This document shows positions 18,749 to 28,823 of a stretch of DNA of 46,870 nucleotides, one piece after another. Below the pieces are notes generated by a model, which was not told where the DNA came from, made no database searches, and saw nothing but the letters and a program-made list of their open reading frames with translations. Position 1 is the stretch's first letter. Each line of letters begins with the position of its first letter. This DNA is from an uncultured Gammaproteobacteria bacterium (GTDB lineage: Bacteria > Pseudomonadota > Gammaproteobacteria > Cardiobacteriales > CAKMZF01), in the NCBI GenBank assembly GCA_929200405.1, contig CAKMZF010000001.1, positions 1-46,870 of the forward strand, read 5' to 3'. The position numbers and the translations under genes are program-made.

Positions 18749-19771
18749 ATGACTCATAAATCTTTTTTCTGGTTTGTTCTACCATCCAGCTTAGCCATGC
18801 TATTGTTTATTTTCTTTCCGATTGTATCCGTCATTGTACAATCGCTGCATGTTGACCATGAGCAGGTGATTGTTAGTGTTGAAAACTGCGACTTATTTGG
18901 TTGCACTGAGTCGACTAAAATAGATCAAGAAGCAACAGAAGCGCTAAGAGCAGAGCAACCACTGGGGAGATTTGCAGGATTAACGACCTATTTTGACCGT
19001 AATCATTTAGCCACAGCAGAACTGAAAGAGAGTTGGGAAACCGCAGATAATTGGCGAGATTTCGGTAGCCAATTATTAAATCTTCCGTTTTATAAAGCGA
19101 TTGGCTTTACCTTAGCCTTTACTTTTGTCGTCACCCCACTGGTAATTATGTTGGGCTTTGCGATAGCGGTAGCAGTCAACAGTGCAGCCAAGGTGTTGCG
19201 TGGACCACTGATATTTTTCTCATTATTGCCAATGATGGTAACTCCTTTAATTGGTTCACTGATTTTATTTTGGATGATTGATGCTCGAGGGGTGATTGGC
19301 ACCCTGCTGCAATACCTAGCAGGGGACCCTGAGTTATCGATAAAAGCCTCAACTCCATTGATGTGGATTATGTTGATGGTTTATGGGGTTTGGCATGCAG
19401 CACCTTTTGCGTTCATTGTTTATTACGCAGGTCTTCAAACAGTGAATAGTGAAACACTAGAGGCCGCACAGATTGATGGTGCGAGCCGTTGGGAGCAGAT
19501 TCGTTATGTTGTGATTCCACATTTACTGCCATTGACAACTTTTATTGCATTGATGCAACTAATGGATAACTTCCGAGTGTTTGAACCCATTGTCAGTTTT
19601 GCGGCGAGTGCACACGCCACCTCTTTGTCATGGGCTATATATAACGATCTAGGCGGAGAGACCCGACAATTATCCTCAGCGGCAGCGACCTCAGTGCTAA
19701 CAATCCTAGGGGTGGCAATATTACTATTCCCAGTGCTGGTTCGGACTTGGCGTGACTTCAATAAAAAGTAA
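18749..19771 (+). CDS. CUT1 ABC permease (MalF/UgpA-like)
   Basis: Multiple TMs; EAA loop YAGLQTV...LEAAQIDGASRWEQIRYV. Confidence 0.92.
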   Translation: MTHKSFFWFVLPSSLAMLLFIFFPIVSVIVQSLHVDHEQVIVSVENCDLFGCTESTKIDQEATEALRAEQPLGRFAGLTTYFDRNHLATAELKESWETADNWRDFGSQLLNLPFYKAIGFTLAFTFVVTPLVIMLGFAIAVAVNSAAKVLRGPLIFFSLLPMMVTPLIGSLILFWMIDARGVIGTLLQYLAGDPELSIKASTPLMWIMLMVYGVWHAAPFAFIVYYAGLQTVNSETLEAAQIDGASRWEQIRYVVIPHLLPLTTFIALMQLMDNFRVFEPIVSFAASAHATSLSWAIYNDLGGETRQLSSAAATSVLTILGVAILLFPVLVRTWRDFNKK

Positions 19772-19789
19772 TTAGAGAGTAGAAATGGT

Positions 19790-20671
19790 ATGAATACACA
19801 ACCCACAAAAAAGCCTTTTCTGATTCAAACCTTAGTTTTTTCAGTGTTGGTTATCTGGATGGTGCTGGCAGCATTTCCATTTCTATGGACGCTGTGGGGA
19901 TCATTTAAAGTAGAAGGCGATTTTTTCTCCAAAGCAGATTGGCTAAATGTGATATCAGGTAAGCTTACCGAAGTAGAAACAGGTGGCAAGTTTACCGGTG
20001 CTGGTTATGAAGGGGCGTGGATTCAAGAAGAATTTTGGCGTGCCGCGCTAAAGTCCGCCATTGTCTGCGTTTTTGTTGTTACCATCTCCCTGACCTTTGG
20101 CACGCTAGGCGGCTATGCCTTGGCGCGTTCTGGTTATCGCTATGCTTTTTGGTTTCTTATTATTGCCTTGATCTTCCGCGCTATGCCGCCGATTACTTTA
20201 GTTTCAGGCTATCTGCCGGTATTCTTTACCTGGAATTTATGGGGTCACTTAACTACCGCGATTATCGTGTTGGTTGCGATCAACCAGCCATTTACTTTAT
20301 GGATGTTGCATTCTTTCTTTAAAAACATACCTCAAGATCTTGATGAGAGTGCGATGGTAGACGGCTGCACCCGATTTCAAGCATTTAGACATGTCATTAT
20401 CCCAGTAATGTGGCCAGGTGTAGTGACCACTGGACTATTCTCATTTTTATTAGCGTATAACGACTTTGCCGTGACCGCGGTCATTTTGTCTAAAGAAAAC
20501 CAAACGATGATTCCTAAAATTGCCAGCTTTTTAGGTACAACGCAAACTAAAGGGAATGTGATGTTTGCAGTGTCGGCAGTTGTGTCAGCCACAGCGCCAT
20601 TGTTTGTGATGGTAATGGTTTTTCAACGACAGATTGTTTCTGGTCTTACCGCTGGAGCTGTTAAAGGCTAG
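19790..20671 (+). CDS. CUT1 ABC permease (MalG/UgpE-like)
   Basis: GYALAR, FFKNIPQDLDESAMVDG, QRQIVSGLTAGAVKG. Confidence 0.92.
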   Translation: MNTQPTKKPFLIQTLVFSVLVIWMVLAAFPFLWTLWGSFKVEGDFFSKADWLNVISGKLTEVETGGKFTGAGYEGAWIQEEFWRAALKSAIVCVFVVTISLTFGTLGGYALARSGYRYAFWFLIIALIFRAMPPITLVSGYLPVFFTWNLWGHLTTAIIVLVAINQPFTLWMLHSFFKNIPQDLDESAMVDGCTRFQAFRHVIIPVMWPGVVTTGLFSFLLAYNDFAVTAVILSKENQTMIPKIASFLGTTQTKGNVMFAVSAVVSATAPLFVMVMVFQRQIVSGLTAGAVKG

Positions 20672-20851
20672 TCAATAGAGCTATAGAACAGCCGCAAGAT
20701 TTTCAAGCGATGCAGTTTGGTCTAAATGGTTCAACTGTATAACAACAGACAACTAGAAAACGCACCGATTTAAGCTCTGCTAATTGGTGGGATATCTACT
20801 GCCTAGAACGGCTATTTATTAGCGTAGTATTGTAAACATTGGAGTCTATTT

Positions 20852-21394
20852 ATGAAAGGTTCGCGCCCTGAGCAGGCATATCTCTCTAAAGATACGGATA
20901 TATCAAAAACTGAGGATACTCGACGAGTTATTGAGAGCATGGTTGATGGGTTAAATGACCATCGTATTACAGATATTGGTGAATTTTTTTCTGAGCAGTT
21001 TCGTTGGATGGGAAACCAAGGCTGCGGGACTAAAAATGGTTTGCGAGAATTTCAAGATAATTGGCAAAGGCCTTTTCAGGCAGCTTTCTCAGATAAGGTT
21101 TGCATAGATGAAGCGCGATTATATATGGGGGAGTGGGCGGCTGCATTTGGTCGTCAAGAAGCCATACACAGTGGTGAGTTTATGGGGGTTTCCGCTACCG
21201 GTAAAAAAGTGGAAATTCGCTATATGGATTTTTGGAAGGTGGTTGATGGGAAAATTGTTGATAATTGGGTCTCGGTCGATTTTCCGCATGTGCTCTCGCA
21301 GCTAGGAGTGGATGTGTTTAATGGGAAGGGCTGGGAAACCTATGACTGTGGAGATGCCATTGCGCCCGAACCTCAGACTAACGTGCCTGAATAG
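20852..21394 (+). CDS. Single-domain SnoaL-like (ester cyclase) protein
   Basis: [34 protein letters not shown]. Confidence 0.88.
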   Translation: MKGSRPEQAYLSKDTDISKTEDTRRVIESMVDGLNDHRITDIGEFFSEQFRWMGNQGCGTKNGLREFQDNWQRPFQAAFSDKVCIDEARLYMGEWAAAFGRQEAIHSGEFMGVSATGKKVEIRYMDFWKVVDGKIVDNWVSVDFPHVLSQLGVDVFNGKGWETYDCGDAIAPEPQTNVPE

Positions 21395-21444
21395 GACGAT
21401 ACAAAACAGATGTAATAGAATTTCAGGTTTTTCAGGAGTTTCCT

Positions 21445-22782
21445 ATGATTAGATATTTAAAGACCGCAAAGAGTGCGGCCGAAAGAAATGAAGATGATGC
21501 CAAAGTACGGGCAATCGTTGAGAGCACGTTGGCTGAGATTGAGCAGCAGGGCGATCAAAAAGTAAGAGCACTTTCTGAGCAGTTTGATGGCTTGAGCAGA
21601 GAGTCTTACCGACTGAGTGAAGAGGAGATAGCACAGGCTATGTCTGAGGTATCTGAGCAGGAACTGGCTGATATCAAATTTGCTCAGGATCAAATTCGTA
21701 ACTTCGCAGAGCATCAAAAAGCGTCGATGTTAGATGTAGAGGTCGAGACTTTGCCTGGAGTGATTTTAGGCCACAAAAATATTCCTGTGAACTCGGTGGG
21801 CTGCTATGTTCCTGGAGGAAAATTCCCGATGGTTGCCTCTGCGCATATGAGCGTCTTAACAGCAAAGGTGGCAGGAGTGAAACGAATTATTGCTGCGGCA
21901 CCACCGTATAAAGGCAAGCCCCATCCGGCCATTGTCACTGCCATGCATTTGGCTGGAGCAGATGAGATTTATGTACTGGGTGGAATGCAGGCAGTAGGCG
22001 CTATGGCGCTTGGAACCGAAACTATAGAGTCTGTGGACATGTTGGTCGGACCGGGAAATGCTTTTGTAGCTGAGGCAAAACGTCAACTCTATGGCCGTGT
22101 GGGCATTGATCTTTTCGCTGGACCAACTGAAACTATGGTGATCGCAGATCCCGAAGCAGAGGGTGTTGATGGTGAACTCTGTGCCACCGATTTGTTGGGG
22201 CAGGCTGAGCATGGTTATAACTCTCCAGCAGTTTTACTGACTAATTCTGAGCAGCTAGCGCAGGATACGATGGCTGAGATTGAGCGACTATTGCAGATAT
22301 TGCCAACCGCAGAAACCGCAGCTAAGTCTTGGCAGGAATATGGCGAGGTGATTGTTTGTGATACTTATGAGGAGATGCTAGAGCAGGCAGATTTTTATGC
22401 TTCTGAGCATGTTCAGGTAATGACGACGAGAGATGACTGGTTTCTTGAGAATATGACCAGTTACGGAGCGTTGTTTTTAGGCGCTCGCACCAATGTTTCC
22501 TATGGCGATAAAGTGATTGGTACAAATCACACTTTGCCGACCAAAAAAGCAGGGCGTTATACTGGCGGACTGTGGGTGGGCAAATTTATTAAAACCCATT
22601 CATATCAAAAAATAATGACCGATGAGGCGTCTGCTTTGGTGGGGGAATATTGTTCTAGGCTTTGTGCCTTAGAGCACTTTGCAGGGCATGGTGAACAGGC
22701 CAATATAAGAGTTCGTCGCTATGGTGGGGTAGATGTGCCTTATGCAGGTGCTGCGGCAGTTTCTGATGCTTCGAAGCGATAG
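21445..22782 (+). CDS. Histidinol dehydrogenase-family paralogue (HpsN-like Zn/NAD dehydrogenase), probably catabolic
   Basis: [46 protein letters not shown]; no his operon context. Confidence 0.88.
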   Translation: MIRYLKTAKSAAERNEDDAKVRAIVESTLAEIEQQGDQKVRALSEQFDGLSRESYRLSEEEIAQAMSEVSEQELADIKFAQDQIRNFAEHQKASMLDVEVETLPGVILGHKNIPVNSVGCYVPGGKFPMVASAHMSVLTAKVAGVKRIIAAAPPYKGKPHPAIVTAMHLAGADEIYVLGGMQAVGAMALGTETIESVDMLVGPGNAFVAEAKRQLYGRVGIDLFAGPTETMVIADPEAEGVDGELCATDLLGQAEHGYNSPAVLLTNSEQLAQDTMAEIERLLQILPTAETAAKSWQEYGEVIVCDTYEEMLEQADFYASEHVQVMTTRDDWFLENMTSYGALFLGARTNVSYGDKVIGTNHTLPTKKAGRYTGGLWVGKFIKTHSYQKIMTDEASALVGEYCSRLCALEHFAGHGEQANIRVRRYGGVDVPYAGAAAVSDASKR

Positions 22783-22802
22783 CTTTGCTTTAGGAATATG
22801 CC

Positions 22803-23879
22803 ATGGATGCTAGCACTACCGAAGCCAATGATATACATAGTCATCATAAAAGACTGCTGCAACCGCTGCGTGAAGCGCTGTATAACTTTACCCCAGAGAC
22901 AGTGCAACAACAGTTAACAGAGATATTTTCAGAAAATGCCGTAGTGCATTTGTGCTATCCCTTTGAAGACTTAACTGGAGCCACAGACTTATATGAGCAG
23001 GCGTTACAGCCTTTACATGCGGCATGGCCAGATCTGGAGCGGCGAGATACCATAGTCATTGCAGGCACAACAGAGCACGGTGGTCATTGGGTTGGCTGCT
23101 GTGGTTTTTATAGCGGTACTTTTTTGAATCCGTGGCTGGATATTCCGCCCACGGGACACGTTGTTAGTATGCGTTTTCATGAATTTTATCAATTTGAAAA
23201 TGATAGAGTTGTGCAAATGCAGGCACTCTGGGATATTCCCGAAGTAATGATGCAGGCAAAGGCTTGGCCATTAGCACCTAGTCTAGGTAGAGAGTGGCAA
23301 GTTCCGGGGCCAGCGACACAAGATGGTTTGCAGATAAATAGCCATGATAAAGCGCAAAGTCAGGCGAGCTATCAACATGTTATCGCTATGTTGGATGCAC
23401 TAAAGAAGCACCCCTCGCAAGGGGGGCCTGAGGTGATGGAGCCAAAAAAATATTGGCACCCCAAGATGAACTGGTATGGCCCCGCTGGTATTGGTACAGG
23501 ACGAGGTGTCGCTGGGTTTCGTCACTGGCATCAAATCCCCTTTCTAAATGCCATGCCAGACCGAGGTCAATACCCCGAAGAAGTGAGTTATCATTTTTTT
23601 GGTGATGGACAATATGTTGGAGTAACGGGTTGGCCAAATATGGCGCAGACCTTAACCGATGATGGCTGGCTAGGTATAGCGGCATCGGGTAAAAAAATCA
23701 CTCTTCGAAGTTTAGATTTCTGGCGACTAGAATCAGGGCTTATTCGTGAAAATTGGGTTTTGGTTGATTTGCTATCTGTCTATAAGCAGTTGGGTATTGA
23801 TGTCTTTGCCAGACTTCGTGAGTTTAATAAAGCCAGAAATATGGGGCCGATTGTTTTGCCACCAGAGAACTATGGTTAA
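22803..23879 (+). CDS. Two-domain SnoaL-like protein, paralogue of 14910-15944
   Basis: WPDLERRD, WYGPAGIGTGRG..GFR..HQIPFL..MPDR, GWP, DFW..E.GLIRENW. Confidence 0.85.
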   Translation: MDASTTEANDIHSHHKRLLQPLREALYNFTPETVQQQLTEIFSENAVVHLCYPFEDLTGATDLYEQALQPLHAAWPDLERRDTIVIAGTTEHGGHWVGCCGFYSGTFLNPWLDIPPTGHVVSMRFHEFYQFENDRVVQMQALWDIPEVMMQAKAWPLAPSLGREWQVPGPATQDGLQINSHDKAQSQASYQHVIAMLDALKKHPSQGGPEVMEPKKYWHPKMNWYGPAGIGTGRGVAGFRHWHQIPFLNAMPDRGQYPEEVSYHFFGDGQYVGVTGWPNMAQTLTDDGWLGIAASGKKITLRSLDFWRLESGLIRENWVLVDLLSVYKQLGIDVFARLREFNKARNMGPIVLPPENYG

Positions 23880-23917
23880 ATATCTACATTATTGATTAAT
23901 GAGGCGATGGTACAGAC

Positions 23918-24712
23918 ATGATGGATATGACAGATGCTACAGAGATGGTGGGTTTACCTAAGACACCTTCTTTTCGCTTAGATGGTCGTAGAGCTATAGT
24001 CGCTGGTGCAACCAGTGGGATAGGACTGGGGTGTGCGGTCGCATTAGCCGAGGCAGGTGCCGCGACGACGTTGGTGGCTAGGTCTGAGGATAAACTGTTG
24101 GATATTGTTGAGCAATTAACAGTTGCAGGTTATCAGGCTGATCATTTGGCGTTAGATATTAGCGACGTTGAGTCAGTGCAGACGGCATTGGCTCAGTTGC
24201 CTGCATTTCATGTCTTGGTAAACAGTGCAGGCTTGGCAAGACACAGTCCAGCACTGGACACAGTGGCAGATGATTTTGATGCGGTGATGAACCTAAATGT
24301 TCGTGGCGCTTATTTCCTAACCACCGCGGTGGCAAAAGGCATGAAAGCACAAAATATTGCTGGAAGTATTGTTAATATCTCTAGCCAAATGGCGCATGTC
24401 GGGGGTATTGATAGGGCGGTTTATGCGGCGAGTAAACATGCGGTAGAAGGCATGACTAAATCCATGGCGATTGAGTGGGGGCAGGATAATATTCGGGTAA
24501 ACACCATCTGCCCTACATTTGTACGCACGCCTTTGACGGCAGCAACATTCGAAAATCCCGAGAGATTGGCGTGGATAGAATCCAAAATTAAATTGCCGAG
24601 AGTCGCAGAAGTAGAGGATTTAATGGGGGCGGTGACTTTTATGGCATCTGATGCAGCAGCTATGATTACGGGCACTTCATTATTGGTAGATGGTGGTTGG
24701 ACGGCCGATTGA
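23918..24712 (+). CDS. Short-chain dehydrogenase/reductase
   Basis: GATSGIG, LVNSAG, NISS, YAASK, VDGGW. Confidence 0.93.
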   Translation: MMDMTDATEMVGLPKTPSFRLDGRRAIVAGATSGIGLGCAVALAEAGAATTLVARSEDKLLDIVEQLTVAGYQADHLALDISDVESVQTALAQLPAFHVLVNSAGLARHSPALDTVADDFDAVMNLNVRGAYFLTTAVAKGMKAQNIAGSIVNISSQMAHVGGIDRAVYAASKHAVEGMTKSMAIEWGQDNIRVNTICPTFVRTPLTAATFENPERLAWIESKIKLPRVAEVEDLMGAVTFMASDAAAMITGTSLLVDGGWTAD

Positions 24713-24822
24713 TATCTACCGAGATTTTACGAACGAGCGAATCAACGAATAAACCACTACACAAGCAAAGAGAGCCAATCTCTATTGGTTGGTATAGCGG
24801 AAGAATATTAAGGAAACTTGAG

Positions 24823-25797
24823 ATGACAATGAAAGGCTTTGATCCGAAATGGAAAGATTTTCCAGACTATATCTTGGGAATAACTAAAGAGATTTGGGAA
24901 GATCGCGGGATTGCGACATTAGATCATTATTATTCAGAAGATATTGTTGTTCGCTCACCTAGCTCGGTTGTTATTGGAAACAAAGGAGTTATCGCAGCCA
25001 CTATGGCAACTTTAGCGGAGTTTCCAGATCGAACTTTGCTTGGTGAAGATGTAATTTGGTGCGGCACACCAGAAGATGGCATGCTGTCTTCGCATCGTCT
25101 GCTTTCAACGGCAACACACTTGGGTGATGGTGCCTACGGCGCAGCTACCGGTAAAAATCTAACTTATAGAATTATTGCAGATTGTCATGCGATTAATAAT
25201 CAAATTAATGATGAATGGCTAATCCGAGATCAAGGCGCTATTGTTAAGCAAATGGGTTGGGATTCAAAAGGATTTGCTGTTGATCAGATTGCCAGAGAAG
25301 GTGGGACAGAACACTGTTCAAGACCATTTCATTCGTCTATAGACAGGGTAGGTCCTTATCAGAGCAAGGGCAATGACAACCAATGGGGTCAGCAATATGC
25401 GGATATTCTTAATCGCATTATGAATGCTGATATGGCGGTGATACCTGAGGTCTATGATCGAGCTTGTCAATTGGAATATCCCGGTGGTATAACGGGGCAC
25501 TCTTATGATGCGGCAGACCGGATGTGGATGGGACTGCGATCGGCATTTCCCAGCGCTAAGTTTACTATTCACCACCAGATGGGCAATGAAGATCCAATGA
25601 TGTCACCTAGAGCATCAGTGCGATGGTCTTTGGAAGGCAATCATGATGGATGGGGGGCTTTTGGAGAGCCAACCGGTGCTGAGGTGCATGTTATGGGTAT
25701 ATCCCATGCAGAGTTTGGGCCATGGGGGCTTCGCAAAGAATATGTGTTGTTTGATGAGGTAGCTATTTGGAAGCAAATTGCGCTAAAAACAGGTTAG
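24823..25797 (+). CDS. Two-domain SnoaL/NTF2-like protein (start corrected to ATG 24823)
   Basis: EIWEDRG, EFPDR...GEDVIW, ATHLGDG.YGAATGK, EWLIRD; second repeat AFPSA.F, GNHDGWG.FGEPTG; AAGGA RBS. Confidence 0.8.
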   Translation: MTMKGFDPKWKDFPDYILGITKEIWEDRGIATLDHYYSEDIVVRSPSSVVIGNKGVIAATMATLAEFPDRTLLGEDVIWCGTPEDGMLSSHRLLSTATHLGDGAYGAATGKNLTYRIIADCHAINNQINDEWLIRDQGAIVKQMGWDSKGFAVDQIAREGGTEHCSRPFHSSIDRVGPYQSKGNDNQWGQQYADILNRIMNADMAVIPEVYDRACQLEYPGGITGHSYDAADRMWMGLRSAFPSAKFTIHHQMGNEDPMMSPRASVRWSLEGNHDGWGAFGEPTGAEVHVMGISHAEFGPWGLRKEYVLFDEVAIWKQIALKTG

Positions 25798-25842
25798 TTT
25801 ACCGACCTTCACTGACTCAATATATTCTATGGAAAATCAAAG

Positions 25843-26832
25843 ATGACTTTATCAATACAAGAAATGGAAAAGCGAATCGTTCGCTATGGTGATTTACAGC
25901 CTTGTAAAACAGCGTTTATAGATGCGCATACACCGGGCAGTGATCAGAAAGAGAACTTCACTATTATCGGTTGTGGAGTGTCAGAAAGCCCAGATCAACA
26001 TGTTCACATTTCTGAAACACCGGGTTTTAATATCGGTGCCGCAGGTCAACCACCTAAGTGCTGTAATAGCCTGCATACTCATCGAACGGCGGAGGTGTTT
26101 TTTGTATTATCAGGGCGTTGGCGATTCTTTTGGGGTCAGCACGGTGACGCAGGTGAGGTTGTATTAGAGCCGGGAGATTTAATAGATATTCCGACTCAGG
26201 TGTTCCGTGGTTTCGAGAATATTGGTACAGATTATGGCATGATAATGGCAGTACTGGGCGGAGATGATGCTGGCGGTGGCGTGTTGTGGGCGCCTCATGT
26301 GATTGAAGCAGCTAAAGCGCATGGCCTAATTTTGGCGGAAAATGGGCAGCTATATGACACCAAGAAAGGTCAAGTATTGCCGGACGGTTTACAGTCGATG
26401 CCGTTACTAACTGATGAGCAGTTGCTTGAATTACCGGAGTTGCCTGCATCGGCGGTGGTACCAAGATTTATCGCCAGAAATTTGGATATGCGCGCTAGAG
26501 CGGATGCAAAACCTACTAAAGTGCTTTCTGGGGATCCTGAGGCTCTGATTATTGATAAGCCGGGTTTTACTATTGATTTTGTGACAGAAAAAACAATATC
26601 GACTGTAGACGCTCAGTTGCAAGGGCGGCACCAGATTTTGATGATCAGTCAAGGTCACTGGAAGGTAACGTGGCAGCACGATGGTGAGACCGTGCAAGTG
26701 GTATTAGCAGTAGGGGATACTTGTGCGATACCTCCTGAGTTGGTCTATCAGATCAAGCCTGCTATGACAGGAGAGGCTGGTTTATTTCGTGTCTGCAATA
26801 CAGATGATCCAGCAGGGCCAACCTTACTTTAA
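25843..26832 (+). CDS. Cupin-domain (bicupin-like) protein
   Basis: LHTHRTAEVFFVLSGRW...LEPGDLIDIP; degenerate second barrel ISQGHW...LAVGDTCAIPP. Confidence 0.82.
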   Translation: MTLSIQEMEKRIVRYGDLQPCKTAFIDAHTPGSDQKENFTIIGCGVSESPDQHVHISETPGFNIGAAGQPPKCCNSLHTHRTAEVFFVLSGRWRFFWGQHGDAGEVVLEPGDLIDIPTQVFRGFENIGTDYGMIMAVLGGDDAGGGVLWAPHVIEAAKAHGLILAENGQLYDTKKGQVLPDGLQSMPLLTDEQLLELPELPASAVVPRFIARNLDMRARADAKPTKVLSGDPEALIIDKPGFTIDFVTEKTISTVDAQLQGRHQILMISQGHWKVTWQHDGETVQVVLAVGDTCAIPPELVYQIKPAMTGEAGLFRVCNTDDPAGPTLL

Positions 26833-26861
26833 TTAATGACATTATCACGAGCTAAATGTAA

Positions 26862-28013
26862 ATGGAGACAGCAATGAGCAGCGCGACCACCAAACACCCT
26901 ATTCTAACAACGCATGTCGGCTCATTGCCTAGAACACAACAGGTGGTAGATTTCATTTTTGCCAGAGAGCATAACCAGCCCTATGACGAAGCTGGGTTTA
27001 GAGAGTGCATGAAGCAGGCTTGTGTAGAGACTGTGAGACAGCAAGTTGAGGCTGGGGTAGACATCGTTTCTGATGGCGAGACTTCGAAAATTTCCTATGC
27101 GACCTATGTCAAAGATCGATATACCGGTTTTAGTGGAGATAGCCCAAGAAATGCGCCTGCAGACTTAAAGCAGTTTCCGAGTTTTTTACAGCGTTTGGCA
27201 GATGATGGTGGCACACCACAATATGCTCGGCCGATGTGCACAGGAGAAATTCAAGCAAAAGATGATATGGATTTACTGGCAGATATCGATAATCTGAAAT
27301 TTGCGATGGGCGCCAATGGTGCAAAAAGAGGGTTTATGAATGCGGCATCACCGGGGGTAATCTCGTTATTTCTGCAAAACCAGCATTATCCTACTAGAGA
27401 GGCCTATTTGGCAGCACTGGCAGAGGTGATGAAGCATGAATACGAAACCATCGTTGCTGCAGGGCTTGATTTACAGTTGGATTGCCCGGACTTGGCATTA
27501 TCACGACATATGCTATTTAGTGATTTGACTGACGCTGAGTTTGTGAAAATAGCGGAGATGCATGTTGAGGCGTTAAATCACGCCTTAGCTAATATCCCCG
27601 CAGAGAAGGTTCGCATACATATTTGTTGGGGGAACTATGAAGGCCCTCATGTCTGCGATATCGGTATGGATAAAGTGTTTACGACTTTGATGAAAGCCAA
27701 AGCCGATTATGTGTTATTTGAAACTTCTAACCCTAGACATGCCCATGAATGGACGGTTTTTTCAGAAAGACGTGCAGAGATACCGGAGCACAAAATATTA
27801 GTCCCCGGTGTGCTTGATACCACAACAAATTTTGTTGAGCATCCACAGTTAATTACACAGCGAATACAGCGGTTTGTTGATATCGTTGGTGCAGAGCGTG
27901 TGATTGCAGGGACTGATTGTGGCTTTGGCACGTTTGCAGGCTTCGGTGCAGTAGACCCTGAGATTGCTTATGCCAAGTTAGCTGCATTATCTGAAGGTGC
28001 TAAGGCCGTATAG
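26862..28013 (+). CDS. Cobalamin-independent methionine synthase C-domain-like (Meth_synt_2; epoxyalkane:CoM transferase-related) Zn enzyme
   Basis: TTHVGSLPR, DIVSDGE, LQLDCPDL, HICWGN, GTDCGFG; only 383 aa (no MetE N-terminal half). Confidence 0.85.
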   Translation: METAMSSATTKHPILTTHVGSLPRTQQVVDFIFAREHNQPYDEAGFRECMKQACVETVRQQVEAGVDIVSDGETSKISYATYVKDRYTGFSGDSPRNAPADLKQFPSFLQRLADDGGTPQYARPMCTGEIQAKDDMDLLADIDNLKFAMGANGAKRGFMNAASPGVISLFLQNQHYPTREAYLAALAEVMKHEYETIVAAGLDLQLDCPDLALSRHMLFSDLTDAEFVKIAEMHVEALNHALANIPAEKVRIHICWGNYEGPHVCDIGMDKVFTTLMKAKADYVLFETSNPRHAHEWTVFSERRAEIPEHKILVPGVLDTTTNFVEHPQLITQRIQRFVDIVGAERVIAGTDCGFGTFAGFGAVDPEIAYAKLAALSEGAKAV

Positions 28014-28054
28014 CTCGCCTAAGACAACTAATAGGTAGCTGAAATGGAAAGTAA

Positions 28055-28756
28055 ATGGAACTAATATTGCTGCCAGGGATGATGTGCGATGATCGCTTAT
28101 TTACCGCACAGTTATCGGCGCTGAGAGATCGTGCTTCGGTAAAAGTCGCCTCGATTAGTGGTTATAACCAAATCGAGCGGATTGCTGAAGATGTGCTCTC
28201 TCAAGTGAGAGATGAACAATTTGCATTGGCTGGTTTATCTATGGGGGGAATTGTAGCCATGGAAGTTGTTCGACAAGCACCAGAGAGAGTTTTGCAGCTT
28301 GCCTTGTTGAACACCAATCATTTATCTGACACTACCGAAAAGCGGGAGATTCGCAGCAAGCAAATAGCTCGCGTACTCTCAGGCGGCCTTGCAAAAGTCT
28401 TGATTGAGGAGATGAAACCTCTGTACTTAGCTCCGCAAAATAGTAGCAGAGATGATATATTGCAAACGGTCGTGAATATGGCATTAGATCTAGGAGAAAG
28501 TGTTTTTATTCGACAATCTGAGGCATTGGCGAACCGTCGAGACTACTCTGAAACCTTGCAGAATTATTTTGGTAAAACGTTGGTGTTAGCAGGTGAGCAT
28601 GATGCGCTCTGTCCACCTGAACGTCATCAAGCCATTGCTGATTTATTGCCAAATGCCACTTTAAAGATAGTGCCTAAGTGTGGTCATCTCAGCACGATGG
28701 AAAGCCCCGATAGTGTAAATACATCACTATTTAATTGGCTGAATAAGAGTGTTTGA
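28055..28756 (+). CDS. Alpha/beta-fold hydrolase
   Basis: GLSMGG nucleophile elbow, GEHD, CGHLSTME. Confidence 0.9.
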   Translation: MELILLPGMMCDDRLFTAQLSALRDRASVKVASISGYNQIERIAEDVLSQVRDEQFALAGLSMGGIVAMEVVRQAPERVLQLALLNTNHLSDTTEKREIRSKQIARVLSGGLAKVLIEEMKPLYLAPQNSSRDDILQTVVNMALDLGESVFIRQSEALANRRDYSETLQNYFGKTLVLAGEHDALCPPERHQAIADLLPNATLKIVPKCGHLSTMESPDSVNTSLFNWLNKSV

Positions 28757-28823
28757 GACAGTCTCATTTATCTAATTCCCGTGTGTTTTACATAACTTTA
28801 TAACCTGTTTAAAAGGAAGCTTT

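Noticed and set aside
21445-22782. Annotation as biosynthetic hisD or as a complete DHPS (hps) pathway
   Set aside because: No his operon, GDK instead of GDY, and no hpsP or sulfolactate desulfonation genes in the window
14910-25797. Polyketide biosynthetic gene cluster suggested by the SnoaL cyclases
   Set aside because: No PKS, ACP or exporter; an importer and a LacI repressor point to catabolism
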